Origin: Squalus acanthias
Taxonomy: Eukaryota
Reading direction: 5' to 3'
Length of the DNA: 64,000 nt
NCBI GenBank assembly: GCA_030390025.1
Contig: JASTWF010000033.1
Location: 5,210,001-5,274,000, forward strand
Part shown: in pieces, positions 11,883 to 21,600 of the stretch
Position numbering within the stretch: position 1 is the stretch's first letter
Layout of the letters: each line of letters begins with the position of its first letter
Translations under genes and position numbers: made by a program
Notes under the pieces: model-generated
The model's database searches: none
What the model saw: only the letters and a program-made list of their open reading frames with translations
What the model was told of the DNA's origin: nothing

Positions 11883-12194
11883 CCCAGCCCCACAGCGAAT
11901 TATAGCGTTCCACTCTACCGGTCGTTGGATGCGCCAGGCGGTAAGGATGGGGGCGCCACTGAAATTCTGGTCCGGGGCGCCACAAGGGCGTTGCACTCTC
12001 GTATGACAATCTGCGCGCGCAAGAGATCGCGGCGATATAGTTTAGCGCCGCCGCTAAATGTCTAGTTAAGTTCCTGAGCGGCGCAAACATCGCTGCGCCC
12101 GGGCGCTAGCTGCTTTGCGCCCCATTAGCGCCCTCTTAAGGCACTAACGGGAGGCGCAACCAACTGCATTTTTCCCCCGATGTCTTTGAATCAA

Positions 12195-15100
12195 CGACAC
12201 CTTTTAAAGAGCGAGACTTTCTATCAGGTACCCTTTTAAAAGGGAATCTTACTGTTACGGACACATTTAAAGAGAGAGTCTCACCATCAGGGAAACCTTT
12301 TAAAGAGGGTATCTCCCCATCAGGGTCGGCTTTCAATGATTGTGTGTCTCCAGCAGGGTCCCCTTTTAATGAGGGAGTCTCACCATCAGGGACCACTTTT
12401 AAAGAGGGAGGCTCACCATCAGGGACCCCTTTTAAAGAGAGTGTCTCGCCATCAGCGACCACTTTTAAAGAATGAGTCTCACCATCAGGTACACGTTTTA
12501 CAGAGGAACTCTTACCATCAGGGACCCATTTTAAAGAGAGAGTCTTTCTTTCAGGGACCCCTTGTAAAGAGTGAGTTTGACACTCGGTGACCCATTTTAT
12601 AGAGGCAGTCTTTCTATCAGGAACCACTTTTAAAGAGGGAGTCTTTCTATCAGTGACTCCTTTTAAACAGAGAATCATCCCATTAGGGACCCATTTTAAA
12701 GAGAGAGTCTCACCATCAGGGACCACATTTAAAGCGATAATCTTTCCATCAGGACCCCTTTTAGAGAGGGAGTCTTTCTATCAGGGATCCCATTAAAAGT
12801 GAATCTTCCTTTTACGGACACCTTTTAAATAGAGAGTATTTATATCAGGGACACATTACAAAGTGAGTTTTACCGTCAGGGTCTCCTTTTAAAGAGGGAA
12901 GCTCAGCATCAGTGGCCCCATTTAAAGGGAGTGTCTCACCATTAGGGAGCCCTTTCAAAGAGGGAGTCTTACCATAAGGGACCCCTTTTAAAAAGAGTCT
13001 CACCGTCATTGTCTGCTTTTAAAGAGGGAGTCTCCCCAGCAGGGATCCCATTTAAAGAGTGAGTTTCACCATTAGGGGCCCCTTTTAAAGAGGGAGTTTC
13101 ACCATGAGGGATCCCTTTTAAAGAGGGAATCTCACCATCAGGGACCCCTATTAAAGAGGGTGTTTCAGCATCAGGGAATCCTATTAAAGAGGGAGTCCCA
13201 CCAACAGGGACCCATTTTAAAGTGTGTGTATCATCATCAGGGACGTCTTTTAAAGAGAGATTTTCACCATCTGGGAACAATTTTAAAGAGGGAGTCTCAA
13301 CATCAGGGATCACATTTAAAGTGGGCGTCTTACTATCAGGGACACTTCCATAGAGAGAGTCTTTCTATCAGGGACCCCTTTTAAAGATAATCTTCCTATT
13401 AGGACATCTTTTAAAGAGAGCTTCTCGCCATAAGGGACCACTTTTAAAGTGGGAGTCTCACCACCAGGGACCCCTTTTAAAGAGGGAGACTCACAATCAG
13501 GGACCCGTTTTAAAGAGGGAGTCTCACTATCAGGGACACATTTTAAAGAGAGTCTTTCTTTCAGAGACTCCTTTTAAAGATGCAGTCTCACCCTCGGCGA
13601 CCTGTTTTAAAGAGAGAGTCTTTCTAATTGGAAACGCTTTAAAGAGGGAGTCTTTCTATCAGTGACCCCTTTTAATCAGAGTCTCCAAATTAGGGACACC
13701 TTTTAAAGAAGTAGTCTCACCAACAGTGAACCCTTTTAATGAGGGTTTTTCATTATTCGCGACTCCTATTAAAAAGGGAGCCTCACCAACAGGGCCCCAT
13801 TTTAAAGAGAGAGTCTCACCATCAGGGAGCTCTTTTAAAAAGAAAATCTTTCTCTGAAGGACCCAATTTAAAGAGGGAGTCTTTCTATCAGAGACCCCAT
13901 TTAAAGAGAATCTTCATATTAGGGACACCTTTTAAAGAGATTTTTTCGTCAGGGTCTCGTTTTAAATAGGGAATCTCAGCATCGGAAGCCCCTTTTAAAG
14001 ACCGAGTGTCCACATTAGGAAGCACTTTAAAGAGGGAGTCTCACTATCAGGGACCCCTTTTAAAGAGAGTCTCACCGTCAGTGTCTCCTTTTAAAGAGGA
14101 AGTATCATCATCAGAGTCCCCTTCTAAACAGGGAGTCTCACCATCAGGGACCCCTTTTAAAGAGGGAGTATAACCATCACGGACCCCTTTAAAAGAGAGA
14201 GTCTTCCCACCAGGTATCCCTTTTAAAGAGGGAGTCTCACCTTCAGTGGCCCCTTTTAAAGAGAGAGTCTCATCATAAGGGACATATTTTAAAGAGGGAG
14301 TCTCACCATCAGGTATCCCATTGAAAGAGAGAGTCTCATTATCAGGGATCACTTTTAAAGAGTAATCTTTCCATCAGGGACCCCTTTTAAAGAGGGAGTC
14401 TTTTTATCAGGGACCCCATTTAAAGCGAATTTTCCTATTCGGGACACCTGTTAAAGAGAGATTCTCAACATCATGGAGTCCTTTTAAAGAGGGACCCTCA
14501 CCATCAGCGTCCAATTTTAACGACGTTGTTTCAGCTTCAGGGATTCCTATTAAGGAGAGACTCTCACCATCAGGGACCCCTTTTAAAAAGGGTGTCTCAT
14601 TCTCAGGGGCCTCTTTTAAAGAGGCAGTCTCCCCATTAGGTATCCCTTTTAAAGAGAGATTCTCACCCTCAGGGGCCCCTTTTAAAGAGGGTGTTTCACC
14701 AACAGGGACCCCTTTTATCCAGAGAGTTTCCCCATTAGGGATCTTTTTTAAAGAAGAGGTCTCACCATCAGGGATCCCTTTTAAAGAGGGAGTATTCCTA
14801 TCAGGGAGACATTTTAAAGTTGGACTCTCACCATCAGAGACCATTTTAAAGAGGGAGTCTTTCTATCAGGGACCCCTTTTAAAGTGAGTCTTACCATCAG
14901 GGACGCCTTTTAAAGACAGTCTCACCATCAAAAATGTATTTTAAAGAGGGAGTCTCACCATCAGGGATCCCTTTTAAAGATAGATTTTCCTCGTCAGAGA
15001 CCCTTTTAAAGAAGGAGTCTTTCTACCAGGGACAACTTTTAAAGAGCGTGTATCCCCATCAGGGACCCCTTTTAAAGAGGGATTCTCACCATCAGGGACC

Positions 15101-15655
15101 CCTTTTAAAGAGGGAGACTCGCCATCAGGGATCTCTTTTAAAGAGGGAGTATATCCATTAAGGCTCCCATTTAAAGAGAGAGTCTCTCCGTCAGAGACAT
15201 TATTAAAGAGGGATTCTTTCTATCAGGGAGCCCTTTTAAAGAGTGAGTCTCACCATCAGGGATTCCCTTTAAAGAGTGAGACTCGCCATCAGGGAGTCCT
15301 TTTAAAGAAGCAGTCTTTCTATCAGGGGGCCCTTTTAAAGAGAGAGTCTCCCCATTAGCGACACATTTTAAAGGGGCAGTCTCACCTCCAGGGACCCTTT
15401 TAAAAGAGGATGTCTCACCATCAACGAACGCTTTTAAAGAGGGAGTCTCCCCATCAGGGACCCCTTTTAAAGAGAGAGACTCGCCATCAGGTACCCTTTT
15501 AAAGAGGGAGTATCACCGTCAGGGACCCGTTTTAATGACAGGGTCTCTCCACCAGGGACCCCTTTTAAAGAGGAAATCTCTGCATCAGCGACCCCTTTTA
15601 AAGGGGATGTTTCAGCATCAGAGTCCCCTTTTAAAGTGGGGGTATCCCCGTCAGT
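12195..15655. repeat. 33-bp tandem satellite, consensus TTTTAAAGAGGGAGTCTCACCATCAGGGACCCC, about 105 diverged copies
   Basis: Visible periodic repeat. The 11-aa periodicity (ETPSLKGVPDG) of the minus-strand ORFs confirms a 33-nt unit. Confidence 0.95.
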
Positions 15656-17039
15656 GTGTAAAGGAATGAGACATATTTCAGAAAAATACACCATCCTATG
15701 AACGGAATTCTGATTTTGTTGAAATATGACAAACTGGGTTTAAAAATCTAAAAGCCTGAATGACACAAATCTGTAAATACAGGCTTCTGAGATAAGACGA
15801 ACCACAAAGCTGGAAACACCATACAAGCTTATGAAATAGGAATTGGTTATTGATATTGAGATAATGTCCTCATTAAAACAGAGGATTGTAGGTTCTAAGA
15901 AGTCTGCAGTTTGGAACCAACTCAATAGCTATACCCAGTGTAAAGTGTTATAAACTAACACTTCGAACAGAAACACAGAACATTAAAAAACCATGTGTCT
16001 TTGTAAATGTAACATCAGATGAAAGACAGGAAACATACGTTTGTAATATAACCAACTAAGATGGCTGGGGAAACAATCAAGTACTCGATTGAAGTGTTTT
16101 TGATGTACATATTGTCAAAGGTAAAAACAGAAGACTTGGTAAATATTACATCAATAGATGCATCAAGTAATCACATGGTTTATGTGTTGAAATTGGAACA
16201 CAAAGAGATGCAAAGTCTCTAATACAAGCAGTTAAAGTAATTTAAGAATTCAATAGGAGTACCTCGTAAGAATGGCATCAAATTGTTAAATCTGTCATTA
16301 CAATTTTGTATGATAACTTTCGAACACCTAAAGATAGAGACAGAATTCTGCAAGTTAGCAGCTGAATTCACAGTAAGAATAGAAAGAAGTCAACAGAAAG
16401 ATGACTGGAGATAATTAGTTTACATCAGCAGAAATATTCAAAGAATATACCACTGCAAAAAGGGTATAAAATATAGAGCTGTCAGATTGGAAGTCAGAAG
16501 TCGCTGGAAGGGGCAAAGCAATTCTCAACTTCAGAGGCAGGCTCTGTAACTTTTTATCTTTGAGTCTCGGGGATCAAACGTTACTTTTATTTGATTTTGT
16601 TGGATATTCTGTGTTATAAATATGTACGAAGATTGGAAATGTAACGAAGTTAAGATTTGAGAATAAGGATCTCTGATAAGAAATGTAAGCCATTTGAATT
16701 TTGAAGTGATAAAGTTGCGATTGAAATCACCAACTGTTAAGTACATGTCGGTTCTTTAATAAATCTATACATTTTTAGAATTGTCTCACAGAGTACTTCT
16801 GTATCAAACTCGAAAACTCAATTTCTGTACGCTTTTTTGTGAGGAGTAGCAGAATTCTGTTTTTTTTTCCAGAACCTCATAATAGCCAGAAGGTTACAGT
16901 CTAGATAAACTTATTACAAGAGCTATCTGGAGGATGGTAACATCTTCAAGTCATTCATTTCCTTTATGGAGAGATAGTCTGACATTACCAGTCTGAACAA
17001 TCCTAGCATTGAAGGCTTGGCACCCAACCAGGGCCTCTT

Positions 17040-17330
17040 GAATTCCCCCATGCCTTGGCAACCTTGCCCACAAACACACAAGTGAAGGCTCTGTTTGATA
17101 CCTGAGCTGATTACACTTTAATAGATCCTGCAATTATAAAAACTAACTGGACAGATTTGGGAAGCCCAATTTGTAAAAGACCTTTAGGGGGATTGAACCA
17201 AAATAATTAATTTTTACAAAATACCTATTACTATATATGGAATCACGGTGACCCTAGATGTAGGACTGGTACCACAATTGTGCTGTTCCCTCATTATAGG
17301 AGAACCAGACATGAAACATTACCTTAAAAT
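17040..17330 (+). pseudogene. Decayed retroviral aspartic protease (retropepsin)
   Basis: 17082-17129 translates VKALFDT*ADYTLIDP (DTGA with GGA>TGA). After a frameshift it reads KIPITIYGITVTLDVGLVPQLCCSLIIGEPDM, which carries the C-terminal hydrophobic-hydrophobic-G motif. Confidence 0.75.
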
Positions 17331-17569
17331 TTCAACTAGATCCTTAGAAGCATACACAGACAAGGATGACATGGAAAGACATGTTCGAACACAGCTTGAT
17401 CGAACTTGCCTGGAGGGGGAGGCAAATACCTCCTCGAGCAACTCATTAATAGATACTTCCTTTATCGACAACGCCATCTAAATTAATGTGGAAAGATTGA
17501 GCATCTCCGCATCATGGAGGACGATGATACGGAGGAGGGAATTAGATAAATAACTATGAGACCGCTAAC

Positions 17570-18019
17570 AGAATACTATCAAGTTATTTAATGTGATGTA
17601 ACATCAATGACGATTGAAAAAGTGACATCCCAACAATCTTCAGCTGGGATGGGGTTAGTAGTAGGGACTTTTCGGGATTCCTATTCTTTTTATACAGATT
17701 AATTTCTGTCTAAACCCCTTGGCCATAAGACGGCGCATTATGCTGATGCCACAGAATTACGGTATGTTTAGAGAAGGCAGACTATATTAAAACCGCACTG
17801 TTGGAAGAAATTCTCCGTTCGAGAATGGAGAAACATAATTGTCAGGTGATTCATGTAAACGGGCATACCACTGAGATAGTACACCCAAAAGGCAACAGCC
17901 TTGCTGACGAACAAGCAAAACGTTCGGTCTGCATGACGCCCCCTCGAGAGGGGACTGCCAATGTTAGTGTGAGCACTAAGGCAGAACGGGCAGCTAAACA
18001 GGATAAAGAACTGATTTAG
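17570..18019 (+). pseudogene. Decayed retroviral RNase H (foamy/spumaretrovirus-like) and possible start of integrase
   Basis: Motifs in the expected order across frameshifts: YQVI*CD, SAGMGLVV, KPLGHKTAHYAD, KPHCWKK, VIHVNGH...VHPKGNSLADEQAK. Compared from memory with prototype foamy virus FYTDGS...NAGMGIV...IPLGNHTAQMAE...KPLKHISKWKS...HEKGH...IHTEGNALAD. Confidence 0.75.
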
Positions 18020-18037
18020 CTATTGGACCCGATAACA

Positions 18038-18145
18038 GAGAATATAAGAACATAAGAACATAAGAAATAGAAGCAGGAGTAGGCCAATCGGCCCCTCGAG
18101 CCTGCTCCGCCATTCAATAAGATCATGGCTGATCTGATCCTAACC
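18038..18145 (-). mobile_element. CR1-type LINE (or LINE-derived SINE) 3' tail fragment
   Basis: (AAGAACAT)n followed by AGCAGGAGTAGGCCAATCGGCCCCTCGAGCCTGCTCCGCCATTCAA, homologous to the 3' UTRs at about 62915 and 63270. Confidence 0.8.
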
Positions 18146-18199
18146 GCCAATCTACTATCTATCACAGAACCATCTCCTGCATCTAACAGAATTGCACAC

Positions 18200-18650
18200 A
18201 CGAAATAGGAGCAGAATCAGGCTACACGGTCCCTGGGCCCGCTCCACTACCCACAGGGCCATGACCGGATCCGAACCTAGACTCATGTCCAAATTCCTGC
18301 CCGCTCCCCGTAACCCTTAATGCCCTTTACTTCTAGGAAACTGTCTATTTCTGTTTTAAATTTATTTAATGATGTAGCTTCTACAGCTTTTTGTGGCAGC
18401 ATATTCCATGGACCTACCACCCTCTGAGTGAAGTAGTTCCTCCTCATCTCAGTTTTGAAAGAGCAGCCCCTTATTCTAAGACTATGTCCCCTAGTTCTAG
18501 TCTCACCCATCATCGGGAACATCCTCCCCGCATCCACCCGATCCAACCCCTTCACAATCTTATATGTTTCAATAAGATCGCCTCTCATTCTTCTGAACTC
18601 CAATGAGTAGAGTCCCAATCTACCCAACCTCTCCTCATATGACCACCCCA
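18200..18650 (-). mobile_element. 5'-truncated CR1-type LINE: ORF2 C-terminus and 3' UTR
   Basis: SYEERLGRLGLYSLEFRRMRGDLIETYKI...TRGHSLR...FTQRVV..WN.LP, with stop at 18283. Confidence 0.92.
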
Positions 18651-18673
18651 GGATATCCACCAAGGTAATTTTA

Positions 18674-21600
18674 CAGTAATATTAGAGTAGGGTCACCACC
18701 AGTAATGTTAGAGTAGGGTCACCGCCAGTAATGTTAGAGTGAATCAACACCAGTAATGTTAGAGTAGGTTCATCACCAGTAATTTTAGAGTATGGTCTCC
18801 ACCAGTAATGTTAGAGTAGTGTCACCAGCAGTAATGGTAGAGCAGGGTCACCACCATTAATGTTAGAGTAGGGTCACCACCAGTAATGTTAGAGTAGAGT
18901 CACCACCAGTAATGTTAGAGTAGGGTCACCACCAGTAATGGTAGAGCAGGGTCACCACCATTAATGTTAGAGTAGGGTCACCAGCAGTAATGGTAGAGCA
19001 GGGTCACCACCATTAATGTTAGAGTAGGGTCACCAGCAGTAATGGTAGAGCAAGGTCACCATCAGTAATGTTAGAGTAGGGTCACCACCAGTAATGGTAG
19101 AGCAGGGTCACCACCATTAATGTTAGAGTAGGGTCACCAGCAGTAATGTTAGAGTAGGGTCACCACCAGTAATTTTCGAGTAGGGTCACCACCAATAACG
19201 CTAGAGTAGGCTCACCGCCAGTAATGTTAGAGTAGAGTCACCAGCAGTAATGTTTGAGTACTGTCACTACCAGTAATGTTAGAGGAGGGTCACCACCAGT
19301 AATGTTAGAGTAGGATCATCACCAGTAATGTTAGAGTAGGGTCACCACCAGTAATGTTACAGTAGGGTCACCACCAGTAATGGAGAGTAGTGTCACCAGC
19401 AGTAATGGTAGAGTATGGTCTCCACCAGTAATGTTGGAGTAGGTTCACCACGAGCAATGGAGAGTAGTGCCACCACCAGTAATGTTAGAGTAGGGTCTCC
19501 ACCAGTAATGTTAGAGTAGACTCAGCACCAGTAATGGAGAGTAGGATCACCAAAAGTAATGTTTGATTAGTATCACCACCAGTAATGTTTGAGTAGGGAC
19601 ACCGCCAGTAATGTTAAAGTAGGGTAACCATCAGTAATGTTTGAGGAGTGTCACCAGCAGTAATGTTAGAAGAGGTTCATCACCAGTAATGTTAGAGTAG
19701 TGTCACCAGCAGTCATGTTAGAGTAGGTTCACCACCAGTAATGTTTCAGTAGTGTCACCAGCAGTAATGTTAGAGTAGAGTCACCATCAGTAATGTTAGA
19801 GTAGGTTCACCACTAGTAATGTTAGAGTAGAGTCACCACCAGTAATGATAGAGTAGGGTCACCAGCAGTAATGTTAGAGCAGGTTCACCACCAGTAATGT
19901 TAGAGTAGGTTCACCACCAGTAATGTTACAGTAGGATCATCACCAGAAATGTTAGAGTAGAGTCACCACCATTAATGTTAGAGTAAGGTCACCACCAGTA
20001 ATGTTAGAGAAGGTTTACCACCGGTAATGTTAGAGTATGGTCACCACTAGTAATGTTAGAGTAGGGTAACCAGCAGTAATGTAAGTGTAGAGTCACTACC
20101 AGTAATATTTGAGTGGGGTCACCAGCAGTAAAGTTGGAGTAGGTTCACCACTAGTAATGTTAGAGTAGAGTCACCAACCAGTAATGTTGGAGTAGATTCA
20201 CCACCAGTAATATTTGAGTACTGTCACCAGCAGTAATGTTAGAGTATGGTCACCACCAGTAATGTTAGAGTATGGTCACCACCAGTAATGTTAGAGTAGA
20301 CTCACCACCAGTAATGGAGAGTAGGGTCACCACCAGTAAGGTTTGATTAGTGTCACCACCAGTAATGTTTGAGTAGAGACACCGCCATTAATGTTAAAGT
20401 AGGGTCACCAGCAGTAAATGTTTGAGGAGTGTCACCAGCAGTAATGTTAGAATAGGTTCACCACCAGTAATGTTAGAGTAGTTTCACCAGCAGTAATGTT
20501 AGATTAGTTTCACCAAAAGTAATGTTTCAGTAGTGTCGCCAGCAGTAATGTTAGAGTAGGTTCACCACCAGTAATGTTAGAGTAGGATCATCACCAGTAA
20601 TGTTAGAGTTATGTCACCACCAGTAATGTTAGAGTAGAGTCACCACCAGTAACATTTGAGTGGGTTCACCAGCAGTAAAGTTGGAGTAGGGTTACCACCA
20701 GTAATGTTAGGGCAGGGTCAGCACCAGTAATGTTAGAGTAGGGTCACCACCAGTAATATTTGAGTACTGTCACCAGCAGTAATGTTAGAGTATGGTCACC
20801 ACCAGTAATGTTAGAGTAGGGTCACCACCAGTAAAATTAGAGTTGGGTCACCACCAGTAATATTAGAGTAGGGTCACCACCAGTAATGTTAGAGTGAGTC
20901 ACCACCAGTAATGTTAGAGTAGGTTCATCACCAGTAATGTTAGAGTATGGTCTCCACCAGTAATGTTAGAGTAGTGTCACCAGCAGTAATGTTAGAGTAG
21001 GTTCACCAGAAGTAATGTAAGAGTAGGGTCACCATCAGTAATGTTAGAGTAGGGTCACCACCAGTAATATTAGAGTAGAGTCACTACCAGTAATGCTAGA
21101 GTAGGTTCACCAGCAGTAATGTTAGAGTAGGGTCACCAGCAGTAATGTTAGAGTAGGGTCACCACCAGTAATGGTAGAGCAGGGTCACCAACAATAATGT
21201 TAGAGTAGGATCACCAGCAGTAATGTTAGAGTAGGATCACCACCAGTCATGTTCGAGTAGGGTCACCAGCAGTAATGTTAGAGTAGGGTCACCATCAGGA
21301 ATGTTAGAGTAGGTTCACCACCAGTAATGGAGAGTAGTGTCATCACCAGTAATGTTAGAGTAGGGTCTCCACAAGTAATGTTTGATTAGTGTCACCACCA
21401 GTAATGTTTGAGTAGAGACACCGCCATTAATGTTAAAGTAGGGTCACCAGCAGTAATGTTTGAGGAGTGTCACCAGCAGTAATGTTAGAGTAGGTTCACC
21501 ACCAGTAATGTATCAGTAGTGTCGCCAGCAGTAATGTTAGAGTAGTGTCAACATCAGTAATGTTAGAGTAGGTTCACCACTAGTAATGTTAGAGTAGAGT

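Larger units (their letters stand above)
7992..12178 (+). mobile_element. Autonomous PIF/Harbinger DNA transposon (4187 bp)
   Basis: Short imperfect TIRs GGGCTAAAAATT...CATTTTTCCCCC and CpG-rich subterminal regions. Carries the canonical convergent gene pair: Myb/SANT protein (+) and DDE transposase (-). Confidence 0.93.
15660..18035 (+). mobile_element. Degenerate, internally deleted endogenous retrovirus relic (boundaries uncertain; the 5' part may be gag)
   Basis: A-rich, stop-ridden region with protease and RNase H remnants on the + strand. No LTR, PBS or gag motif recognised. Confidence 0.5.

Noticed and set aside
7203..12178. A single transposon with 88-bp TIRs
   Set aside because: Internal termini at 7975 and 7992, separated by one satellite monomer, show two separate elements.
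12136..15694. ORFs with 11-aa repeats (ETPSLKGVPDG)
   Set aside because: Translations of the 33-bp satellite, broken by frequent stops and 1-2 bp indels, so there is no sign of frame conservation.
16840..16950. Possible RT motif (QNS...SYLED)
   Set aside because: Very weak, and it lies upstream of the protease, the wrong order for retroviral pol.
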